Shown here: in pieces, positions 35,326 to 43,237 of the stretch | How positions within the stretch are numbered: position 1 is the first letter of the stretch | How the letters are laid out: each line of letters starts with the position of its first letter | Origin: Candidatus Woesearchaeota archaeon | GTDB taxonomy: Archaea; Nanobdellota; Nanobdellia; Woesearchaeales; UBA10216 | DNA length: 64,000 nt | Assembly: GCA_016180065.1 (NCBI GenBank) | Contig: JACPBY010000001.1 | Location: forward strand, 100,851 to 164,850 | Direction of reading: 5' to 3' | Made by a program: the position numbers and the translations under genes | Notes under the pieces: model-generated | The model's database searches: none | The model's input: the letters and a program-made list of their open reading frames with translations, nothing else | What the model was told of the DNA's origin: nothing

Positions 35326-36153
35326 TCACAAATTACGCAGCATATCCGCATATTTTTCCCTGAAAAGACGCCCGTTCTTATGGCAAAACGAGGTTCCATT
35401 AACCTGGTCAGCCACCATTTCAGGAGGGCCATGAATCAGAAGAATGGCTGGCTTGAATGCAACAACAGGATGCCATGCGTCCTTAGTCACTATAAATGCT
35501 TTCTTCTCAGGAAATCCTGTCCCGCCCATGGTGTAGCCAGTCCCTATTTGAGTCCGCACTGGCATTTTCCCGTTTTCGCTAAGCCACAACTCTGCTGAGT
35601 CGTGAACAGCGTAAAATGCCTCATCGTGACCGTTATGAGCCGAGCTGTGGCCAACTACATCCTTGGTGCGCCACGGATTAGGATTTGCAAACTGAACAAG
35701 CAAGCCGAGCTCGATGCTGTGAGCTAAGTAAAAATGGTCGGAGTCATTTGAGCTGGAAGGCTTAGGCAAACCATAAACCGTCAGACAATGCTCCAAAAAC
35801 TTTAGCTCATGGCCTCCAGGAAGGCGAAAGTCAGGCGTCCACAACCCGCAAAGGTCTGCCAGCCATTGCCGGGGCAGTTCTTCATTATGCTGCTTGATAA
35901 TTGCCATCAAAATACGCCCCTTATCCAGAAACGGCACAAAGGAATCGGGCGCGCCGTGCAGAACTTCGTAGGACAACCCTCCTGCCGGAGCCTCCGTTTT
36001 AACAACCTGCACAAGGTCAACCATTCTCAGCACATCATCCGCCCTTGTTTTTATTTGTTGCTGTTTTGAGGGCAAAAATTGACCAGTTCTCTTTTTGTTC
36101 AGATATGATATATGCCATAGCTTTATAAGAAAAGCCAAAAAAGCAACAGTCAT
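35326..36153 (-). CDS. hypothetical protein (275 aa), possibly N-terminally anchored
   Basis: Clean ORF. The hydrophobic N-terminus is MTVAFLAFLIKLW. I recognise no family. Confidence 0.55.
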   Translation of the reverse strand: MTVAFLAFLIKLWHISYLNKKRTGQFLPSKQQQIKTRADDVLRMVDLVQVVKTEAPAGGLSYEVLHGAPDSFVPFLDKGRILMAIIKQHNEELPRQWLADLCGLWTPDFRLPGGHELKFLEHCLTVYGLPKPSSSNDSDHFYLAHSIELGLLVQFANPNPWRTKDVVGHSSAHNGHDEAFYAVHDSAELWLSENGKMPVRTQIGTGYTMGGTGFPEKKAFIVTKDAWHPVVAFKPAILLIHGPPEMVADQVNGTSFCHKNGRLFREKYADMLRNL

Positions 36154-36318
36154 GCCAAACTCAACTGTGTGTTGCTGTTAGTTCTGAATTCATTGGCTTG
36201 TTTGGGTTGTCGATTTTTACAGTTTTTTGCATTTTTTGCAAGAGATTAAATGACCGCGGAGGTGGAGAAAGAATGGAATACAAGCAAGGTGATTGCAGGT
36301 GTAGGAAAATAGAGTGAC

Positions 36319-36540
36319 TTGGTAATTAAGACAGAAACATCAGAAACAAAGCTAGCGCTTGGCGAAAGCACCTTAGAAGACTTGGTTAAGGCAGTGCCTC
36401 AGAACGACACCATAATTAGCTTGGAATATGCGGCACAACAGCCTCAAGTTTCAGAAACATGCGGCACTATTGGGCCATGCGGAAAGGACTGCTTGCAGTG
36501 CGATTGCAAAAAAACAAATCCGGGCGGCTACGAAAAATAA
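36319..36540 (+). CDS. small Cys-rich peptide ORF with no ATG; in frame with an upstream ATG ORF across a TAG codon
   Basis: The ORF ends ...SETCGTIGPCGKDCLQCDCKKTNPGGYEK. The only start options are TTG or GTG. ATG at 36250 followed by 19 further sense codons and a TAG (36310-12) sits in the same frame. Confidence 0.3.
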   Translation: MVIKTETSETKLALGESTLEDLVKAVPQNDTIISLEYAAQQPQVSETCGTIGPCGKDCLQCDCKKTNPGGYEK

Positions 36541-36544
36541 AAAG

Positions 36545-36552
36545 CTATAAAA
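36545..36552 (+). promoter_or_regulatory. TATA-like box upstream of cysS
   Basis: ctataaaa lies about 30 nt upstream of the ATG at 36582. Confidence 0.4.
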
Positions 36553-36581
36553 GCAGAGCCAGTTAGGGAAGCAGATAGGCT

Positions 36582-37991
36582 ATGGTGCTTAAACTACATA
36601 ACACATTAACGCGGAAAATGGAAGCGTTTAAGCCCCTGAAGAAAGGTGCAGTTGGGATTTACAGTTGCGGACCTACTGTCTACAATTATCCCCACATCGG
36701 CAACTACCGGGCTTACGTCTTTGTTGACCTGCTGAAGCGCTACCTTCTCTACAAAGGCTACAAGGCAAAGCACATAATGAACATCACAGACGTTGACGAC
36801 AAGACAATCCGGGACAGCCAGAAAGAAGGGATAAGCCTGAAAGCGTTTACAACAAGGTATGAAAAGGCGTTCTTTGAGGACATGGAAGCCCTCAACATTT
36901 TGCCTGCTGATGCGTACCCAAGAGCTACCGAGCACATCAAGGAAATGGTTGAGCTTACAAAGTGCCTGCTGAAGAAAGGAATGGCTTACAAGGGCGAGGG
37001 CGGTTCGGTATACTATGCCATTTCGAAGTTCAAGGACTACGGCAAGCTTGCAAACATTGACGTTAAAAAGCTGAAAACAGGCGCTTCCGGAAGAGTGACA
37101 GCAGACGAGTACAGCAAAGAGGCTGCGCAGGACTTTGCGCTGTGGAAGGCTTACGGCAAGGAAGACGGCAATGTCTTTTGGGAAACAGAAATCAGCAGGG
37201 GAAGGCCGGGATGGCATGTGGAATGCTCGGCCATGTCCATGAAATACCTTGGCAAAACCTTTGACATCCACTGCGGAGGAATTGACCTTGTATTCCCGCA
37301 CCACCAGAACGAGATAGCACAGTCAGAAGGCTGCACTGGAAAGCAATTTGCAAAATACTGGCTTCACAACGAATGGCTGCTCGTTAACGGCCAGAAGATG
37401 TCAAAAAGCCTTGGCAACTTCTACACTTTGCGGGATGTTTTGGCAAAAGGCCATTCTCCGGCCTCTGTAAGATACCTGCTGCTGTCAACGCACTACCGCC
37501 AACAGCTTAACTTCACGTTTGAGGGCATTGAAGCTGCAAAGGCATCTGTGGAAAGGCTTAACGAACTGATAAGGAAGCTGCAGGGCATCAAAAGCGGCAG
37601 CGGAAAAACAGCAGTAGTGGAGAAGGAAATAACCGCAGCAGCCAAAAAATTCGAATCAGCAATGGACGATGACCTGAACATAAGCGAAGCCCTTGCAGTC
37701 GTTTTTGACTTTGCAAAAGCAATGAACAGCCGCATTGACGACTGTATGATGAGCAAAGAATCCGCAGCAGCAGTGCTTAAGCTGCTGCAAAAAACAGACA
37801 GCGTGCTGGGCGTAATGAGCTTTGAGCAGGAAAAGCTGCCTCAGGAGACAATGAAGCTGGTTGAGGAAAGGGAGCGGCTGCGGAGAGAGAAGAAGTTTGC
37901 CGAGGCTGATAAAATCCGCTCACAGCTGCGCGAAAAGGGCATCCAGCTTGACGACACACCTGAGGGAATCAGGTGGAAGAAAATTAGCTGA
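36582..37991 (+). CDS. cysS: cysteine--tRNA ligase
   Basis: It contains CGPTVYNYPHIGNYR (HIGH) and QKMSKSLGN (KMSKS). The length is 469 aa. Confidence 0.95.
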   Translation: MVLKLHNTLTRKMEAFKPLKKGAVGIYSCGPTVYNYPHIGNYRAYVFVDLLKRYLLYKGYKAKHIMNITDVDDKTIRDSQKEGISLKAFTTRYEKAFFEDMEALNILPADAYPRATEHIKEMVELTKCLLKKGMAYKGEGGSVYYAISKFKDYGKLANIDVKKLKTGASGRVTADEYSKEAAQDFALWKAYGKEDGNVFWETEISRGRPGWHVECSAMSMKYLGKTFDIHCGGIDLVFPHHQNEIAQSEGCTGKQFAKYWLHNEWLLVNGQKMSKSLGNFYTLRDVLAKGHSPASVRYLLLSTHYRQQLNFTFEGIEAAKASVERLNELIRKLQGIKSGSGKTAVVEKEITAAAKKFESAMDDDLNISEALAVVFDFAKAMNSRIDDCMMSKESAAAVLKLLQKTDSVLGVMSFEQEKLPQETMKLVEERERLRREKKFAEADKIRSQLREKGIQLDDTPEGIRWKKIS

Positions 37992-38056
37992 AAACAAAAA
38001 CATTAATAAACACGGCTTGCTAGGCAAACGAAAGAGGCAGGAAAGGAGGAAAAGAG

Positions 38057-38578
38057 GTGTGCAGTAGTTTGAAAAAAGCTTTGGCAGCACTTGCGGCTGT
38101 GCTCGTTCTCGGAACAATCGGATACGTGCTGATAGAGAAGATGCCTTTCCAGGATGCGCTGCTCTCAGCAGCGTCTGTAATGGCAACAGAAGGCACGCCG
38201 CAAGGCCTAAGCACGCCAGGCAAGCTTTTTACAACAGCCTTGATAATCGCTTCCGTGGCTGCGATTGTAGCAGCAGTTGTAAAGTTCCTCAACCCGCCGG
38301 TGGAAGGCGAAGAGGAAGCGCTCACAGGCTTCTTCAGCTCAGCCCCGCAAAAGGAAAACCTGATAATAAAGGAATTCAAGGCCAACAAAGGAAGCCCGCT
38401 GGCTGGCTTGCAGAAAAGGCAGATACTTGAAAAATTCGGGGCAGTGGTTGTGGGCGTAAAAAGCAAAGGCGGCTTTGACATAGACACGCCGCTAACTGCA
38501 AAAATAAAAAGCGGCTCAAACGTGCTCCTTCTCGGAAGCCCCGCAGTGATAATGGGCGTTGAAAGAAAAAGAAAGTAG
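38057..38578 (+). CDS. 2-TM ion-channel-like protein with a C-terminal TrkA-C (RCK_C) domain and an atypical pore sequence
   Basis: It has two TM helices flanking SVMATEGTPQG, which sits where a K+ channel has TVGYG. The C-terminal LAGLQKRQILEKFGAVVVGVKSKGG..IKSGSNVLLLGS is RCK_C-like. The start is GTG. Confidence 0.6.
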   Translation: MCSSLKKALAALAAVLVLGTIGYVLIEKMPFQDALLSAASVMATEGTPQGLSTPGKLFTTALIIASVAAIVAAVVKFLNPPVEGEEEALTGFFSSAPQKENLIIKEFKANKGSPLAGLQKRQILEKFGAVVVGVKSKGGFDIDTPLTAKIKSGSNVLLLGSPAVIMGVERKRK

Positions 38579-38588
38579 GTTTCCTGTT

Positions 38589-38927
38589 ATGCACTTTAGA
38601 AAGCGCTACGGAGAGTCGCGAATGGACAGCTGCCCTTTCTGCGGCAAACCTGCCACGTCAAAGAACCCGCAGGGCGTGCCAGCATGCATTGCCCACCGGA
38701 AGCTCATGCTTGACGGGCTTCGCTGCGCATGCGGTAGCTTCCTTGAAGTCATGGCAGGCAAGTGGGGCGCATACTGCCGCTGCCCGAAATGCGGCAACGT
38801 GAATTTCAAAAGGGCAGTGGAGATGAACCCGCAGCTGCTGAAGCAACCCGCTACTGAACAGCCCAAAGTGCCCGAAAAAAAGAAGGAAATCGTGATTCGC
38901 TCTGACGAGCTGCATTTGTACTATTAA
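38589..38927 (+). CDS. zinc-ribbon protein (two Cys4-type clusters)
   Basis: The Cys clusters are CPFCGK...ACIAH and CACGS...CRCPKCGN. I start at the ATG at 38589, after the upstream stop. Confidence 0.55.
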   Translation: MHFRKRYGESRMDSCPFCGKPATSKNPQGVPACIAHRKLMLDGLRCACGSFLEVMAGKWGAYCRCPKCGNVNFKRAVEMNPQLLKQPATEQPKVPEKKKEIVIRSDELHLYY

Positions 38928-41350
38928 AACGCCAGCCGCAACTCACTGCCATATGTTACCTTCGCGATATTGTGCGCAGCCTTCATGTCCTTCTCAACAG
39001 GCCTGAACTTCTCCGGAATTACAGCTTCCTTAATCTCAGCCTTGAGAGAAAGCCCCTTTTCCGTATGCTGTTTCCAGATTTGCCTGTTCAGGTCCTCAAG
39101 CTCAGCCCCGGTAAAGCCGGGAAGCTCATAATCCTCTGCAGAAGGAAACCTCTCAAAATGGATGTCCCTGCCATAAAGCCTGCTGTACAGGTTGTAGGTA
39201 ATCATCGGAACTATGGGCGCCAGGACCAGCAGCAGCCGCTCAAGGCAGTAATGCAGGGTTGAAACCGCAGCGCCCTGCTCTTCCATGCTGAATCGTCCGT
39301 CAGTGTTGTAAGCCCTGTTCTTTACCATCTCAATGTAATGCGAAGCAAACGTTTCCCAAAGGAAGTGCTTTGCATTTGCAGCAGGGCTGTGGAAGTCATA
39401 CTTCTCATAGCACTCGGCAGCTTCCCTTACGACGTCGTTTATTTCATGCCTTATCCACTCATCCAATGCAGTGAGCTTTGCTTTCCCGCTGCTGTTTTTG
39501 AACATCGAAACAAACCTTGCAGCATTCCACAGCTTCACAAGGGTCTTGCCTGCGCCGTCAATCCTCTCAAAGGAGCAGCGGAAGTCCTGGCTTGTGATGT
39601 TGCCTTCAATAGCAGCCCACAGCCTGAACGGCTCAGCGCCATATTTCTCAAGAATGTCATGAGGGTCAACAACATTGCCCTTGCGCTTGCTCATCTTCTT
39701 GCCGTGCTCATCAACGACATAATAATTAATCCAGACATCAGCAAAAACCGGCTTTTCTGTGAGAAGATAGCCTTTCAGCAAGGTGTAGTAAAGCCACGTC
39801 CTGATTATGTCCTTGCCCTGCGGCCGCACAGTGCACGGGAAATGGCTCCCGAAGAAAGCGTCATCGCGGTTGTACTTCAGGATGTAAAGGGGCGTGTTGC
39901 TGCTGTCAAACCATGTATCCAAAACCCTTGTTTCGCCTTCGAATTCCTTGTTGCCGCACTTGCCGCACTTTTCAAATGGCGCTTTCTCCTTCCACGGCTG
40001 GTAGTATTTGCCTTTTGGAGGAACAATCGCCTGGCGGCACTTCCTGCAGTACCACAGCGGTATTTCTGTTGCGTAGTATCTCCTTCTTGAGATTGGCCAG
40101 TCTATTGAAACTGAACTTATCCAGTCAATGAGCATCTGCCTGCTGGAATCAGCATAAAAGTTAAGTTTTGCTGCAATTTTCAGCAGCTCCTGCTTGAACT
40201 CAACCTGCTTAAGGTAAAACTCCTTCATGGCAAGGAATTCAATCTCATCACCGCTCCTGTCACAAACCGGAACGTTATGCACAAAAGGGATTTGCTTCTC
40301 AAGGAAGCCCTGCTCCTTAAGCATTCCAATTATCTTTTCCCTTGCCTTCTTTGTCCAGAGCCCTTTCAGGGGCCCTGCAATGTCCAGCATCAGGCCATCT
40401 GAACCAATGGCCTGCACAGGCTTGATATTGCGTTTCCGCAAAAACCTGATTGCATCCTGGTCGCCGGCCGAAGCGCTCATGAAAACCAGGCCTGTGCCGA
40501 ATTCAGGGTCAGCCTCATCATCCTCAGCCACCTGGATCTCCTTGTTGAAAATCGGCACTACAAGCGTTTTGCCATTCAGATGCCTGTATCGCTCATCAGA
40601 AGGGTTGTAGATTACAAGCGCGGCAGTACACAGCAGCTCAGGCCTTGTCGTTGCGATAATTGCGTCCTTGCCCGTTTCCTTGGCTTTAAACTTCACGAAA
40701 TTAAGGGAGCTTGAAGTTTCTTTTCTTTCAACTTCAGAATCAGCAAGGGTTGTCTTGCAGCCAGGGCAATAGTTGTTCAGCCTTTCATCCTCATAAATCA
40801 GCCCCTTGCTGTAAAGGTCAATAAAAGTTTCCTGAGTGAGCTTGCGGTAGTCCTCGCTGTCAGTCTCGTAAACCTCACCAATGCCTGTTCCCCGCTTCCA
40901 GCTGTTAAAGCCTATGCCAAGACGCATGAAGCTGTCAACAGAGGCAGTGCCTGACTCCTCCAGAACCTGCCTGCACTTCTTCAGGAACTCCTCCCTTGAA
41001 AGCTGGTGAAACTTAATGCCAAACTTCTTCTCAGCAGCCATCTCAATCGGAAGGCCGTTGTTGTCCAAGCCCAACGGAAACAGCACGTTAAAGCCTTTCA
41101 TTCTTTTGTACCTGGCGAACATGTCCATCAAAGAATAAGTGGTAGCATGGCCAATATGGATTGGGGTGTTCAGGTAAGGCGGAGGGGTGTCTATGGAATA
41201 AACATTCCCCTTGCCAGCGGCATTGAACCTATACGGCTCTTCAGCCTTCCATTTTTCGTAAACAGCCAACTCCAGTTCCCTGGACCACTTCTTCTCAGAA
41301 ATGCTCGGCTGCGGGAAGGACTTCTCGTCCTTAACGTCATCTGCAGTCAT
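38924..41350 (-). CDS. valS: valine--tRNA ligase (compact, 808 aa)
   Basis: It contains PPPYLNTPIHIGHA (HIGH-type) and KMSKRKGN (KMSKS). The editing-domain signature is ATTRPELLCTAALVIYNPSDERY, and DWPISRRRYY is also present. IleRS and LeuRS patterns fit less well. Confidence 0.8.
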   Translation of the reverse strand: MTADDVKDEKSFPQPSISEKKWSRELELAVYEKWKAEEPYRFNAAGKGNVYSIDTPPPYLNTPIHIGHATTYSLMDMFARYKRMKGFNVLFPLGLDNNGLPIEMAAEKKFGIKFHQLSREEFLKKCRQVLEESGTASVDSFMRLGIGFNSWKRGTGIGEVYETDSEDYRKLTQETFIDLYSKGLIYEDERLNNYCPGCKTTLADSEVERKETSSSLNFVKFKAKETGKDAIIATTRPELLCTAALVIYNPSDERYRHLNGKTLVVPIFNKEIQVAEDDEADPEFGTGLVFMSASAGDQDAIRFLRKRNIKPVQAIGSDGLMLDIAGPLKGLWTKKAREKIIGMLKEQGFLEKQIPFVHNVPVCDRSGDEIEFLAMKEFYLKQVEFKQELLKIAAKLNFYADSSRQMLIDWISSVSIDWPISRRRYYATEIPLWYCRKCRQAIVPPKGKYYQPWKEKAPFEKCGKCGNKEFEGETRVLDTWFDSSNTPLYILKYNRDDAFFGSHFPCTVRPQGKDIIRTWLYYTLLKGYLLTEKPVFADVWINYYVVDEHGKKMSKRKGNVVDPHDILEKYGAEPFRLWAAIEGNITSQDFRCSFERIDGAGKTLVKLWNAARFVSMFKNSSGKAKLTALDEWIRHEINDVVREAAECYEKYDFHSPAANAKHFLWETFASHYIEMVKNRAYNTDGRFSMEEQGAAVSTLHYCLERLLLVLAPIVPMITYNLYSRLYGRDIHFERFPSAEDYELPGFTGAELEDLNRQIWKQHTEKGLSLKAEIKEAVIPEKFRPVEKDMKAAHNIAKVTYGSELRLAF

Positions 41351-41419
41351 TATTAACGGCTAAGAAAAGGGCGGGGTTTTTAAAGGTTGTTGCAGGGCAC
41401 GGCTAAACCAGCAACCACC

Positions 41420-41516
41420 GGCTTTGCCCAATAAGTGACCAAAAACTCGGACTTTTTGGGCAGCCGAGCGACTTATTAGGCAGAAGGCACTAAATAGCGA
41501 CTTTTAGGGCAAAGCC
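41420..41516. other. 97-nt structured intergenic element
   Basis: ggctttgccc (41420-29) pairs with gggcaaagcc (41507-16). Inside it, aataagt pairs with acttatt and ccaaaaa pairs with tttttgg. It also holds the direct repeat agcgactt(a)ttagg. Confidence 0.35.
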
Positions 41517-41521
41517 GCAAC

Positions 41522-42094
41522 TCACCACTTCTCAATCCCAAGTATGTTTAGGTCCCTGGCGCGCTTGAATATCTCGTCTGTTATGAGGAGGTCGTTCTTG
41601 AGGTATTTTACCAGGCTGTCGGTGTTTCCTGTCCGGCAGAGCTCTGCCACCTGTCCTCCGTCTCCCATTGTTTCCATGCCCATCAGGGCTGCGAATTCCT
41701 TTAGTGTTCCCCTGGTGTTCCCGTACCGGTATGCTGAAATCCTGTCCCGCAGGTCTATGACACTTTTAAGGCTGAAGGGCGCTACCGGCACCTTGTGGAT
41801 GAAACTCCTTGTCACAAGGAATGGAATGTCAAATGAAAGAAGGTTAAAACCCACTATGAACGCCCCTGTTTCCCTTGCCTTCCTCCACTCTGCCCAGAAG
41901 TCCTCAAGCAGCTTTTTCTCACCATGCCCCGAGAAGATGATATCCGAGCCGTTTCGCCTGATCCCGATCGCAACCGCCTTGGAATCAATAGGATTAATCA
42001 GCTGCTTCCTTTCCTCCTCAGGCAGGGAGTCGTGCTTCTGCATGTCCACCGGGCAGGTTTCAACGTCAATCACGAAATAGTTGTCAAATGGCAT
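41522..42094 (-). CDS. DEDDy 3'-5' exonuclease (PolB-exonuclease-like, RNase H fold)
   Basis: The motifs are ExoI VIDVET, ExoII GFNLLSFDIPFL and ExoIII YLKND. Confidence 0.75.
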   Translation of the reverse strand: MPFDNYFVIDVETCPVDMQKHDSLPEEERKQLINPIDSKAVAIGIRRNGSDIIFSGHGEKKLLEDFWAEWRKARETGAFIVGFNLLSFDIPFLVTRSFIHKVPVAPFSLKSVIDLRDRISAYRYGNTRGTLKEFAALMGMETMGDGGQVAELCRTGNTDSLVKYLKNDLLITDEIFKRARDLNILGIEKW

Positions 42095-42410
42095 TTTGGA
42101 TTACAACCTTAAACGAGTCAGGCCCTAGAGCCTCTATCCTGATTCTCTTGCCAACCTTTATTCCGAACTCCTTTAGCCCATCAGGAAGCGTGAAACCCAT
42201 TGAATTGCCTATCCTGATTATTCTTCTTTCCGCATCAACTATCCGATGCATTTGCTTAAGCTTCACATACTGATGTGCCTGCTCTTTCGTAAGTGTGGTG
42301 AAGCTGCATTTTGGGCATACCATTGCTTTTGTTTCAAAGCCTTCAAAACGCGCATGCTTCGCTTCCATAAGGCCTCCACAGTCACACCTTATCTTCCTTT
42401 CATTAGCCAT
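42084..42410 (-). CDS. Zn-ribbon plus AbrB/SpoVT-domain protein (antitoxin-like)
   Basis: The Zn ribbon is CDCGG...CPKC, followed by RIIRIGNSMGFTLPDGLKEFGIKVGKRIRIE. It overlaps the exonuclease gene start by 11 nt. Confidence 0.65.
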   Translation of the reverse strand: MANERKIRCDCGGLMEAKHARFEGFETKAMVCPKCSFTTLTKEQAHQYVKLKQMHRIVDAERRIIRIGNSMGFTLPDGLKEFGIKVGKRIRIEALGPDSFKVVIQNAI

Positions 42411-42462
42411 ATAGTCTTTACCTCAATAAGTTCTTGATGGAAAATTGTTATGACACAATAAG

Positions 42463-42696
42463 TCATGTTTTCCTTTCCGAAATACGCTCAAAGCATACTT
42501 TTTCCGGCGCTTTGCACTTCTCCGTTTTTATTTTCCCTGTCCTAAATGCTTCTTCAACTTTGTCAAAGTCAAGATTGTAATACTCTTTCCTGTCAAAAGC
42601 ATGCGGGTCAAACGTAATCTCTGCTGTTTTTCTGTTCAGCTTTGCAAGCAGTTCCTCTATCCAACTGCAATTGTTATAATCATTGTTATAATTCAT
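42463..42696 (-). CDS. DUF4258/BrnT-like toxin candidate
   Basis: MNYNNDYNNCSWIEELLAKLNRKTAEITFDPHAFDRKEYYNLDFDKVEEAFRTGKI. The resemblance is weak. The track start at 42765 adds a Lys-rich extension. Confidence 0.4.
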   Translation of the reverse strand: MNYNNDYNNCSWIEELLAKLNRKTAEITFDPHAFDRKEYYNLDFDKVEEAFRTGKIKTEKCKAPEKVCFERISERKT

Positions 42697-42975
42697 ATTA
42701 AAACCTTTGTTTTTGCGTTTCTTTTTTGTCTTAATATGCCTTACGGCAGCTTTTCCGGAAAACATTTGGCATTGCCGGAATCTATCCGGAAATTATAGGA
42801 GATTTTACACCAAAAGTGCTTTTTCACGGAAATCTTACGGAATTTTCGGAAGACAGCCGATGAAATGACCCTGCCATAGCCAACCACCACAACTTCGTAT
42901 GATTACATAGTGCATTAAGAACTACGCCAGCACCGGCAGCAGGAATAAAACAAGAAGCAGATTGGGCAAATTTAA

Positions 42976-43170
42976 TTAAGAAGAGTCTGATTTTCCCTCT
43001 TCAAAAAGAAAGTTTTTGACCGCCCATTTAAGAATAATAAAAAGAACTACGGCAATTATTCCAAACCTAAATGCGATTTGTTGGAATGGTTGCGGCTGTA
43101 TGATATTTAATTTAAGATATGTGCCATAAACTGTCGCAATACCCGCACCGTTTTGGCTAAAAGAAGTCAT
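42976..43170 (-). CDS. small hydrophobic protein, hypothetical
   Basis: 64-aa ORF with one clear TM segment (FGIIAVVLFIILKWAV). There is no other support. Confidence 0.25.
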   Translation of the reverse strand: MTSFSQNGAGIATVYGTYLKLNIIQPQPFQQIAFRFGIIAVVLFIILKWAVKNFLFEEGKSDSS

Positions 43171-43237
43171 TTAACCCGACCTCGCACCAGAACTGCATAT
43201 CCAAACGCTTTTAAACAACTTGTTCCGGTGATTTCTC

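Noticed and set aside
36310-36312. The in-frame TAG considered as pyrrolysine or genome-wide stop-codon reassignment.
   Set aside because: TAG terminates well-supported genes in this window (lig at 29483-85 and the ORF ending at 32518). No pyl genes are visible here. Local readthrough or a pseudogene remain possible.
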